From: Planctomycetota bacterium
GTDB taxonomy: Bacteria; Planctomycetota; PLA2; JAEUHO01
Direction: 5' to 3'
Length of the DNA stretch: 64,000 nucleotides
NCBI GenBank assembly: GCA_965223505.1
Contig: CBDCWP010000044.1
Location: 160,001-224,000, forward strand
The stretch's first letter is position 1. Each line of letters starts with the position of its first letter. The notes under the pieces are model-generated. The model did not search any database. It saw only the letters and a list, made by a program, of their open reading frames with translations, and had not been told where the DNA came from. The position numbers and the translations under genes are program-made. Below are positions 20,981 to 30,683 of this stretch, piece after piece.

Positions 20981-22045
20981 CTACTTCCCGGTGAGGCGCT
21001 TCTTCACGTAGTCGAACAGCGTGTCGTACGCCGCGGCGGCGTCCTTGTCTTCCTTGTCCTTTGCGACCATCTTGCCGGCCTTCGAGAGCCACTCGATCTT
21101 GCCTTCCCAGTCGACGAGGATCGTCGGGCTCTCGACGCCCTTGGGGTAGCCCATCTTGCGAACCGCCGCCAGCAGCTCGCCGTCGGCGTCGATCATCAAC
21201 GGGCCCTTCCACTTGAGCGCCTTGGCCGCCTCCGCGACCTTGGCCTCGTCGACGGCTTCGCCTTCCTTCGACGGCCGGACCGCGATAATCAGGTTGAACT
21301 TCTTCGACTTGTACTTCTTGTGCAGCTTGATCATGGACTCGAGCGTCGCCGTGTCGTCCTCGGAGTCGATGCACCACCAGCGCACGGCGGTGATCGCGAA
21401 CTTGGAAAAGACGCGGTCCTTGCTCTTCTTGTCCAGCCACTTCGTGTCGTCTGGGATCTCCGGGAACGGCTGCTTGAGCATGCCGACGCCGTCCGCGGCG
21501 TCTTGCGCGAGCTTGTCGATCAACGTGACGAGCTTGTCGTGCTCGATCAGGAAGTCGTTGGCGCGCACGACACCCTGCGGGTCGATGACGATCATCCACG
21601 GCGTGCCCTGCGTCTTGTAGCGCTCGAGGACGTTGGAGCGTTTGCCGTCCGTGCCCGGGTCGTGGCCGACCGGGATCTTCAGCTCGAACTTGTCCGCGAC
21701 GGCCTTCGCGGCTTCGGCGGTGTTGGTCTCGAACCCCTCGAAGACCGTCTGGATCGTGACGAATTGAACGGCTTCGTTGCCCTTGTAGTGCTCGATCAGC
21801 TTCTGCAGCGCGGGGAACCCCCGCGAGTGGCAGCCGGGTCACCACGACTGATAGTTGTAGAGCATGAGAACGCGGCCGCGGAAGTCGCTGATCTCGAGCT
21901 TCTGCTTCCCGTCCGGAAGGTTGAACCACTTGTCGATGTCCCACTTCGGCGCATCGTTACCTTCGATGCCCTTGCCGAACGCGTCCTCGCTCGTCACGGG
22001 CATGAGGAGGAAGATGGCCAGTGCGGCCAGCGCCAGAACTCTCAT
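20981..22045 (-). CDS. Exported two-domain redoxin selenoprotein (Sec at TGA 21841-21839, U-P-G-C)
   Basis: Track ORFs 21839-22045 and 20981-21595 share a frame with no other stop; reads FRGRVLMLYNYQSW-U-PGCHSRGFP...IQTVFEG...QGTPW; second Trx-like domain lacks CxxC. Confidence 0.92.
21809..21825 (-). promoter_or_regulatory. Candidate SECIS element
   Basis: CGCGGGG-GTT-CCCCGCG perfect hairpin starting 13 nt after the TGA, GU in the loop. Confidence 0.65.
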
Positions 22046-22110
22046 GGTTTGCTCCCGGGTGGAGCGCCGATCTTACCGGCGGTGGCGGCTTGGAGCACGG
22101 GCTCAAGGGA

Positions 22111-23427
22111 CTATCGCATCTGTTCCCAGAGGGGGGCGCCTACGTACACATTGTCCCAGGGGGGCACCCTCAGCGCGTCCTCCTTCCGCTCGACGTCGCT
22201 GTCGCGAAGGTGCAGCGTCTGGATGCCGTCGACGTTCTGGAATCGCGCGATGTCGGCACGCGTGGCGTAGGACCCCATGTACGTGTGGTTGATGCCGTTC
22301 ATCGCGAAGTTCGATGCCGGATGGAGGAAGCGGCCCTTCACGTAGATGTGGTTGATTCCGTTCACCTCGAAGGTCCCCGCGACGTCCACGTCGACGACGA
22401 CGGTACTCTGCCCCTGGAGCTTCACGCGCCCGTTCAAGTTGCCCATGACCCGCAGGCGTCCCATCCCTGGGACGACCACGGTGCCGTCGAGGTCCCCTTC
22501 GACGAGGATGATGCCGCTGCTGGCCTCCACCACGGCGCCGGCCGCGACGTCCCCGCGCACGAACACCCCCAAGCCCGGCCCCTTGATGTTCGTTCGGAGC
22601 GTCCCCTCGACGATGAGCTGCGCCGGTCGCTTGAACTCGAGATCTGAGGTCGGCGGCGAGACGGCCATGACGTGGCTCTGCACCGTACCGCCGCGCACGG
22701 GAATCGAACCCGGAGCGGTCAGGAGTCCGGTGATGCGCTCGATCTCGTCGGCGCCGACGACGTTGCCCTGGACGGTGTCGGGAATGCGCAGCTTGCCGCC
22801 GCCCTCCGTCGACGGCACGGACGCGTAGCGAAGCGTCACCGTGCGCCGAAGCGCCTGGGCGTCCTGGCTCGTCGCAATCACCGCGACCTTGTAGACGGTG
22901 CCCGTTGCCGACCGCGCGAACACGAGCCCGAAGTAGCGGTCGTGCACGGGCTTGGTGGGGGAGAGCTCGAAGGTGGCAGGTTCGAACGTCGCCGGCGCGT
23001 CCACCGCGTAGCCGAAGCACTCGGCGCCCGTCGGAACGTCCTCACGCGTGAGCAGCGGCAACACCGCGCGCGCGGCCCCGTTCGGAAACGCGAGCGTCGT
23101 CAACGTCCGGATGTCCAGGCAGGCGACGTCCGCCGCGCCGCCGTCTTGCCGCGCATGTTCCTCGCCGAACACGTAGTCCTCGCCGATGCGCAGCACGGCG
23201 GTGCCGGGCGCGAACGGCTCGCTGGATTTGTCCGTGCCGCGGAGCTTCGGCGCGCGGGGAGACGCCTCGAGCATCTCGCGCGGGACGTCCGAGGAAGACG
23301 CAGCCGGACCGGCCGCGCTCGTTCCGGCGGGCTCGGTACGGGGGCCGGGCCGCTCTGGCTTCCAGAGCAACCAGGCACCCGCCGCCAGCAAGACGCCGAC
23401 AACGATGCCGGCCACGAATCGTCGCAC
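22111..23427 (-). CDS. Membrane-anchored hypothetical protein with C-terminal beta-helix-like repeats
   Basis: GGAGG RBS before GTG; N-terminal TM; repeated VxGD/VxGN strands. Confidence 0.65.
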   Translation of the reverse strand: MRRFVAGIVVGVLLAAGAWLLWKPERPGPRTEPAGTSAAGPAASSSDVPREMLEASPRAPKLRGTDKSSEPFAPGTAVLRIGEDYVFGEEHARQDGGAADVACLDIRTLTTLAFPNGAARAVLPLLTREDVPTGAECFGYAVDAPATFEPATFELSPTKPVHDRYFGLVFARSATGTVYKVAVIATSQDAQALRRTVTLRYASVPSTEGGGKLRIPDTVQGNVVGADEIERITGLLTAPGSIPVRGGTVQSHVMAVSPPTSDLEFKRPAQLIVEGTLRTNIKGPGLGVFVRGDVAAGAVVEASSGIILVEGDLDGTVVVPGMGRLRVMGNLNGRVKLQGQSTVVVDVDVAGTFEVNGINHIYVKGRFLHPASNFAMNGINHTYMGSYATRADIARFQNVDGIQTLHLRDSDVERKEDALRVPPWDNVYVGAPLWEQMR

Positions 23428-23507
23428 GTTGCCTCCGCTCCCAGTGACGCATCGCGACGTCTGGATCTTCCCGCCCACCTTCAGCGTGGATCGTACGATG
23501 GGCGCGT

Positions 23508-24209
23508 ATGAACTACCTCTCGCACGCCCGCAATCACCTCGGCCGGCCCTATGCGCTGGCCGGAACGGGCGCGCCCGACTGGATGCGCGTCTCCGACCGA
23601 CGGGCGCGCGTCGTCGTCGAAGACCTGCCCCTTCCCACCCGTGACGACGACTCCGACGAGGCGGAGCTGATCCGTGGGATGCACCGGCACTTCGTCGACG
23701 ACAAGTGGTTTCATCAAACCAAGGTGTTTCGCGGGCTGATGCGAACGATGCGCGACCGCCTGCGCGAACGGCACGGGTATCCGCGCGGACTGCGCCCGGT
23801 CTTCCGTGCGCACATCCTGATCGAGGTGTTGCTCGATGCGCACCTCATCCAGCAAAGGCCCGACGTCGTCGACCGCTACTACGACGAGCTCGGCGCCGTC
23901 GATCCGGAGCTCGTCGCGACCACGATCAACACCCACGCGACCCGACCCAACAACGGCCTCGCCGCGTTCATTCGGGGATACCGGACCTATCAGTTCCTGC
24001 GTTCCTACGTGGATGACGCGGAGGTCGTGAAGCGACTCGACCAGGTGGGCGGCCGTGTCGGCCTGCCGCGGCTCCCGCGCGGCTTCGTCGACGACGTCAC
24101 GTGGGCCCGACGTCTGGTGTCCCGCAACGCGGAGGCGCTGCTCGAACCGCCCCCGCACGTCACGGCCGACCTACAATGGCGTCATGACCCGCGAACGACT
24201 GACGCGTAG
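23508..24209 (+). CDS. ACP phosphodiesterase-like (AcpH/DUF479-related) protein
   Basis: MNYLSHA, G..RH..DD.WFH, HILIEVLLD. Confidence 0.75.
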   Translation: MNYLSHARNHLGRPYALAGTGAPDWMRVSDRRARVVVEDLPLPTRDDDSDEAELIRGMHRHFVDDKWFHQTKVFRGLMRTMRDRLRERHGYPRGLRPVFRAHILIEVLLDAHLIQQRPDVVDRYYDELGAVDPELVATTINTHATRPNNGLAAFIRGYRTYQFLRSYVDDAEVVKRLDQVGGRVGLPRLPRGFVDDVTWARRLVSRNAEALLEPPPHVTADLQWRHDPRTTDA

Positions 24210-25065
24210 GACCGTACTCAAGGGCGCGGCCGCGGCCGCCGCGCTCGGCGCCGTCGCGCCGGACGCGCTCGCCGAAGAGCCGAAAGCGCGAACGATCGAG
24301 CGCGCGCCCGCGGGCTTCGTCGGGCACGGTTCGCCGATGCTCGCCCTCGACGCCAAGAAGGGCGGTGAGCTCTCGAAGTGGACCGCCGCATTCTCGAAGC
24401 CGGTGGCCGTACTCGTCGTCTCCGCGCACTTCCAGAAGTCGCCGATCACCGTCGGCGCAGTGACCAAGCGGCCGTTGGTCTACGACTTCTCGAACTTCCC
24501 CAAGCGTCTGTATCGGCTGACCTACGATGCGCCGCCTGCGCCCAAGCTCGGGAAGCGAGTCGCCGACGTGTTGAAGCCACTCGGCGCCGTGCGCTCCGAT
24601 CCCCGTCGCGGCCACGATCACGGCACGTGGGTGCCCCTGCGCTGGATGTACGCGGACGCGGACGTACCCGTGCTCTCTCTCTCCCTTCCGTCGCACGATC
24701 CGAAGCAGCTGTGGCGGATCGGACGCGCGCTGCGCCCGTTGCGTGACGAAGGCGTGTTCGTCCTCGGCAGCGGCAACGTGACGCACAATCTGCGCAAGCT
24801 CGGTCGCGCGGGAAGCAAGACCCCCGCGTGGGCGGCGGACTTCGATGCCTGGTGCGAGCAGCGTCTCGTTCGCAACGACAAGGACGCCTTGTTGGACTGG
24901 CAGCGCAAGGCGCCGGCAGCACGCACGAACCATCCGACGGTCGAGCACTTCGTCCCGTTGCTCATCGCCGCGGGCGCCCGCTACGAGGGCGAACGCGCGA
25001 CGTTTCCCGTCGAGGGATTCGAGGCGGCGAGTGTCTCCCGCCGGTGCGTGCAGTTCGGCGCGTAG
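24184..25065 (+). CDS. DODA/YgiD-type class III extradiol dioxygenase with Tat-like leader
   Basis: GHGSPM, VSAH, YDF..FP, DHGTWVPL, GSGNVTHNL, HPTVEHFVPL; N-terminal TRRTVLKG. Confidence 0.9.
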   Translation: MTRERLTRRTVLKGAAAAAALGAVAPDALAEEPKARTIERAPAGFVGHGSPMLALDAKKGGELSKWTAAFSKPVAVLVVSAHFQKSPITVGAVTKRPLVYDFSNFPKRLYRLTYDAPPAPKLGKRVADVLKPLGAVRSDPRRGHDHGTWVPLRWMYADADVPVLSLSLPSHDPKQLWRIGRALRPLRDEGVFVLGSGNVTHNLRKLGRAGSKTPAWAADFDAWCEQRLVRNDKDALLDWQRKAPAARTNHPTVEHFVPLLIAAGARYEGERATFPVEGFEAASVSRRCVQFGA

Positions 25066-25185
25066 TGGAGCGCGACGATCGACCGAACCGCCACTGACAA
25101 CGCACAGACGTTTTGACCGCTTCGATGTGTTTTGGTCCAATCCCGGCTACTCGGGTCGTGAGACCCCATGGGTGGGAGGTGCTAG

Positions 25186-25675
25186 GTGGCCAGCTTCATC
25201 GACTTTCGCTACTTGAAGAAGAAGGGATCGATGCCCGGTCCCAACAAGGTCAAGGTCCAGGCGCAGAAGGTGCATGATCCCAATGTGGGTGGTGTCCAGA
25301 ACATCGATGTGGCCCAGAGCGGCAACATCGTCGAAGTTCACTCGCCGGAGCAGACGAGCTGGGCCGACGGCGTGGTGTGGGTCAAGGGCGGCGGCACGAC
25401 CGTGTGGGGCAACTGTCCGAACTGGAACCGCCTCGTGGTGCGGGTCATGAGCGCCGCCGGACAGGACGTCGGCGCGTTCGTCATCAGTCGCGACATGGCG
25501 CACCCCAACGCGGAACGCGCGTCGCTGTGCATCCTCGACGGGGGGACGGAGGCCTACACGATCGCTTCGACCACTGGCACGCCGAGCGCAGGACGTCCGG
25601 CAGGCGCCGGTCGAAGCGGGCACGTTTGTGGATCCGCCCAACATGTCTTCGAAGTTCATCCAGAAGCAGCAATAG
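25186..25675 (+). CDS. Hypothetical protein (apparent frameshift near 25588; the track fuses it to the next gene)
   Basis: GGAGG RBS before GTG; coding-like codon use continues in another frame as QDVRQAPVEAGTFVDPPNMSSKFIQKQQ to TAG 25673-25675. Confidence 0.55.
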
Positions 25676-25701
25676 GGCCGCGCGGGCGGCGTGGGGAAAC
25701 A

Positions 25702-28699
25702 GTGAGAACGCGGCGAGGCTGCTCGGTCCTGCTCTTGCTTTGGATCGTGTCGACGCCGTGGGCCGCGCCGCTGCGTGCCGACGACGAGGCGGCGCCGGCG
25801 CTGAGCACCATGGCTGCGGAGGTGCTCGCGGCCGCGAAGAAGTCGGACACGGACGCGCTCGCCAAGCTCGTCGAGAACGGGGACTTCGATCCGTGGCAGA
25901 TCGCGCACGAGCTGCTCGTCCACCGGCAAGGCGACGCGGCGTGGGCTTATTGCAACGCGACGAAACGTCCCGATCTCGAGCCGCTCACGCGGTACGTCCG
26001 CACCCACCGCCGCAAGCTGCTGTCGGTCGCGACGTGGAAGCACGTGCTGCGTCTCTCCGAGCTGAGCGGCGAGGAAAAGTGGTTCGACATGCTCGCGTAC
26101 ATCGACGAGCAGCGCGTCGACGTCGCGTCCGAAACCGTCGGCGTCGCGCGCGTTCTCTACTACCGGGGTTGGGCGCAATACCACCTCGAGAAGCCCGCGG
26201 ACGCGTCCCGGACCTGGTGGCGCGCCGGCGAGATCGCCACCGCCCTCGGCTGGCACGCCGGCGAGTGCGAGTCGCTGCGGCTGACGTTCAACGCGGCGCA
26301 GGACGCGTTCGACTTCCAGCTCGTCGTTCGGAGCCAGAAGGCGCTTGCGGAGTTGTTTGCCCGTATCGGTGATCGCCACCAAGCCGCCGCCGAGATCATC
26401 GATCTCGGAAGTGTCTACGGACAGATGGGCGACTATCACAGCGCGCTCTCGAACTACGAGTCGGCGCTGCGCAGCTACCAAGACGTCTTGTCGCCCTCGG
26501 TGCGAGCCCAGACGCTCGACAACGCCGCGTTGGCGTGCCTGCGGTTGGGTGACTACGCGCAGGCGAGGGGGTACGCCACGGATGCGCTCGCCGCCGCGCC
26601 CGAGGCGTCGCAGATCCAGACCGGCTTTCCCACGATCACGCTGGCGTTGATCGACACCGAGATCGGCGCGTACGACGACGCCCGCGCGCATCTCGATGCC
26701 GCCAGATCGATGTTCGAGAGCATGCCCGTGCCGCAAACCAATCCGGAGGAGGCCGCTTACTACGAACGCCTGAAGACCAAGGCGCTCGCGCAGGTGCAGG
26801 CCAGCCTCGGCGAGGTCGATCTGCTCGAGGCGAAGTACGAGGCGGCGCTGGCCAACATGCAGAAGGCGCTCGCGATCTTCGAGGAGCTCGAGGAGGAGCG
26901 CTTCGTCGTTCGGGCGCGCGGCACGATCGCAGTCATCACGGGCCGCATGGGCGATCGGCGCAAGGCGCTTCGCGAGCTCCAGGCCCGTGCGCGAAACGCA
27001 AGAGCGCATTCGCGACCGCGAGGGGCTGTGCGGTACGCTCGGCGAGATCGCGGAGCTGCAGCGCGCCGCCCAGAAGCCGCAGCTCGCGCTCTCGACACGC
27101 ACGGAGCAGCTCGCCGTCGCCGTCGACATGGGCTCGCTCGGCTTCGAAGCGGAGGCGTTGGCCCAGCTCGCCAAGCTGTATGTCGACCGCGGCGACTACG
27201 CGAAGGCGCTCGACCACGCCGACCGCTCGATCCAGCAGCTGCGACTCGCGTTCGACTCGCTCCCGCCGCGCCAGGCGGCGCTGGCCCGGCATCGAACCGC
27301 CGACGCGTCCGCCGTCGGCCTGGCGGCGTCGCTCGGGCTCGCCGCTGAGGACCCCGCGGCCCTCGCGGCGGTCTGCCGCCATCTCGAGGCGGAACGCTCC
27401 GCCGTGCTGCTCACGCAGGTGGAAGGACGGCGCGCGATCGGTCGGGCGAAAGTGAGCCCCGAGCTGCTCGAGCGCCAGGACGAGGCGCGCGCGGCCGAGG
27501 CGATCGCGCGCGCGGAGCTCCAGGCGGCGCACGAGAACGGCAACCTGCAGAAGCAACGCGACGCCCGCGCGCGCATGGAAGCCGAGCAGTCGAAGCGCAT
27601 CAAGGCGATCGACAGCATCCATCTCGAGCGCGGTCTCGCGGCGGACCTGCTCTACCCCGAACCAGCCGCGATCGAAGCGATCCAAGGAGCCCTGCGACCC
27701 GACGAAGCCATGGTGCTGTACGGAACGAACGCAGGCGAGACGATCGCGCTCGTGTTGACCACGACGCGTCGCGAGCTTCGCGAGTTGGGGCCGTGGGATG
27801 CCGTCGCGGCAGCGTGCGCCAAGGCCGCCGAAGATCCGAAGCACCCCGAACAGACGCAGCGCTTCGAAGCGCTGGGCAAGCTCCTCGCGACGCCGCTGAA
27901 GCTCGACACGTCGATCCGGCGCGTGCTGGTGTCGCCCAAGGGTATGCTCTCGTATCAGCCCTTTTCGATGCTCTTCCAGGACCGCGAGGTCACACACGTC
28001 TCGTCCGGCACCATCTATGCGCATCTCAACAAGCGCACGCCCATCGAATCCGGCGACGTGCTGGCCTTCGGCGACCCCGACTACGCGAAGTCGGAGAAGG
28101 GCACCACCGTCGTGTCGGAATACCGCGGTCGAAGACTTCGTTCCTTGCCCGGTTCCGCCGAAGAGGCGCGGCGTGTCGGCACCGTCGTACGCCTGCGAGG
28201 CGAGGCCAACGAAACGCGCGTGCGCGCCGACATCGCGAAACACGCGCCGCTACGCGGGCTGCACTTCGCGGCACATGGGCTGGTCGACGAACACCGACTC
28301 AGCCGGTCCGCCGTGGCGCTGACCCCGACGGAGGGCGAGGACGGCCGGCTCTTCGCATACGAGCTCAACCTCATGGACGTGGCGGCGGATCTGGTGGTCG
28401 TTTCCGCGTGCGCATCGGGCCGCGCGGGATTCGCGCAGGCCGAGGGCATCGTCGGACTGACCATGGCGTTCTTCGTGGCCGGTGCCCGGCGCGTGATCGT
28501 CAGCTCGTGGTCCGTCGACGACGAGGCCACGCGCGAGCTGATGATCAAGTTCCACGAGCTTTGGAATCACGAGAACCCGGAAGAGCGGCTGAGCGCGGGC
28601 GCGGCGCTCAAGGCCGCGCAGGAACACGTCAAGGCGCAGCCGAAGTGGTCCCACCCGCAGTTCTGGGGCGCCTGGCAGCTGTGGGGGCCGGCCGACTGA
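25702..28699 (+). CDS. TPR-CHAT (caspase-like) protease with signal peptide (apparent +1 frameshift near 26985)
   Basis: Signal-peptide-like start; TPR helices; LAFGDPDY, LPGSAEEA, HFAAHG (His), VVSACASG (Cys), WSVDDEAT, HPQFWGAW. Confidence 0.88.
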
Positions 28700-28708
28700 C
28701 GCCGCGCT

Positions 28709-29074
28709 TCAACGCGGGCTCAACGGAAGAGCGCGCGAATCTCCGCGCTCGTCGCGACTCACCACGGCCTTGCCGTTGCGCAGGATGACCGGGCGCCGCA
28801 ACAAGTTCGGCTCCTTCAGCGCCGCCGCCTTGAAGGCGGACTTCGAAGGCGGCTTGTCCTTCCAGCCGTTCTCCTTCGCGACCCTGTGCCGGGTGTTCAT
28901 CACGTCCTCGACGCTCGCGCCCTTCAGGATCGCGTCGAGTTCGCGCCGCGTCAGCGACTCCTTGGCGTAGTTGCGTTCGACGACGTCGGGGTCGAGCTCG
29001 CGCACGAGACCGCGCGCGGGACGGCAATCGCTTCAGGTGCTCTTCCAGAAGAAGATCGTCTCGGGGTTCGGCAT
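28709..29074 (-). CDS. ArsC/Spx/YffB-family selenoprotein (Sec at TGA 29035-29033, U-S-D-C)
   Basis: ATG 29074 gives MPNPETIFFWKST-U-SDCRPAR in frame with track ORF 28709-29005; family signature EPNLLRRPVI; possible +1 error near 28748 affecting the last residues. Confidence 0.88.
28999..29018 (-). promoter_or_regulatory. Candidate SECIS element
   Basis: CGCGCGCG-GTCT-CGTGCGCG hairpin 14 nt after the TGA; the GGUCU apex resembles the E. coli fdhF SECIS loop. Confidence 0.7.
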
Positions 29075-29084
29075 GCGCGGGAGT

Positions 29085-30680
29085 CTACTCGCGGTCTTTC
29101 GTCGCGCGTACGCGAAGTTCCAGGGTCAGCGCGCGGCCGTCGGCGAGGTTCCCGGCGGAGAGCCGTCTCGGTTCGTCGAAACCGACGACGACGTCGGCCC
29201 GAACGGTCGGACGGGCGAGCACCGGCAGGTCGACCGCGCCGTCGGGCAGGATGCGCGTCGAGACGTCGGTCTGCTGCAGCTCGGACGTGAGCTCCACGAC
29301 GACCTGCTTGCCGCCCGGCGCGATGCGCGCCAGCGCCGTGGTGAGCCATCCGTCGAAGTAGACGCCCATCCAGGGCGCCGAGATGGTCATGCCTCAGGCA
29401 ACCTCCGCGTCGACGTCGCGCAGAAATCTCCGATCGATGCCGATGCGCGCCGACGCCGGCCGTCCGTCCAGTGCCGGCAGGCGAACCGAGGCGATGCGTT
29501 CACTGCCCGCGCGCAGCTCCAGCTCGATGACGACCGCCGTCGCCGTGCTGCGGCCCAGCTCGGCGATGAGGTCACGCACGGCGCGCTGATCCGCCAACGA
29601 TGCGCCGACGAAGAGCCTGCCGTTCGCATCGAGCGCGAACTTGGCGCGCGGCGCCCGGCTCACGAGCGTCTCGGCCACGAACGCGGGCGCTGCGAGGGGC
29701 GCCATGAATGCGACGCCCGGGCGCATCAGCTGGGGGTCGTGGTCTCCCTCCTCGGGTCGGGGAAGGGCGAACCACGAGTCCAGTGCGAAGAACGACAGGT
29801 CGTAGCAGCGCAGCGTCCCGCGTTTCCCGGTCGCAGGCTGCGGCCCCGTGCGGCGGGGCGTCAGGCGAACCGTGTACGTGTCGTCACCGAGCGCCACGCG
29901 GCTCTCGATGGTCTCGTTCGGCATCGCGCGGCCCGAGACGCATGCAAGCGCGCCGCGGTACGCGGTCCGGTCGAACGTTCCGAGTCGGTGGATGTGCGTC
30001 GTTTCCACGCGCGCCGGCGCGAATGCGCCCGTCTGACAGATCGCCTCGAGGGCGATCCGGCCGCCGGGTTCGATGTCATAGGCGCGCACGTCGACCGAGA
30101 CGCCGTCGAACACGCGCGCGACCACCGGATTTCCCATGGCCGACGGCATGTTGCCGTCGCCGGCGATCTCGACGCCGTAGTCCGCAACGACGTCGCGCCC
30201 GGTCACGCGCTGGAAGTTGCCGCGGCCGCCCGTTGCGACCTGGATCTGTCCAGTGGTGCGCGTGCCGTCGGCGCGAATCACCTCGACGTCGACCTCGATG
30301 CGCCGCGCGACGTCGACGGCCAGCCGGGCGAGCTCGGTGCGCCGATCGCTCGCCGCGGCGCCCGGGACGTAGAACACCTCGTCGCCGAGGGCGAGGATGC
30401 GCTCCGCGCCCAGCACTTCCTCCAGCCAGGGAAGGACCGAGTCGAACTCCGCGCGAATCTCGTCGGTTTCGTTCCACGCTCGGGTCTCCTCGATCGCCCC
30501 GAGCAGGTACAGATCGTCGTGTGCGATGAGACCGAGCACCGGCCCCTGCACCTGCTGCGGGTCGCGGCGGAAGCTCTCGATTCGTACGAGCGCGCGCGGT
30601 TCTACGCCCGCATCCTCTGCGAAGGCCATGGCGGAGAGCGCGAACGACGCCGCGAACGCAAGGAGAAGCATCGAGCGCAC
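29085..30680 (-). CDS. Exported secretin-like protein with in-frame TGA at 29396-29394 (candidate selenoprotein)
   Basis: Track ORFs 29394-30680 and 29085-29390 share a frame; DVDAEVA-*-GMTISAPWMGVYFDGW aligns without gaps to DWDVEVAQDARIGDPVTAVLFEGW of the upstream paralog. Confidence 0.7.
29361..29379 (-). promoter_or_regulatory. Candidate SECIS element
   Basis: GGCGCCC-TGGAT-GGGCGTC hairpin 14 nt after the TGA, the same spacing as in the neighbouring ArsC-like gene. Confidence 0.5.
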
Positions 30681-30683
30681 TGG

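Noticed and set aside
22698..22716. tRNA T-arm-like CCGGGTTCGATTCCCG on the minus strand (and GGGATTCGAGTCCC near 17012-17026)
   Set aside because: Both lie inside coding frames; no acceptor, D or anticodon stems could be formed
25186..27348. Single 720-aa fusion ORF
   Set aside because: An internal signal peptide at 25702 and a better reading frame ending at TAG 25675 point to two genes joined by a frameshift
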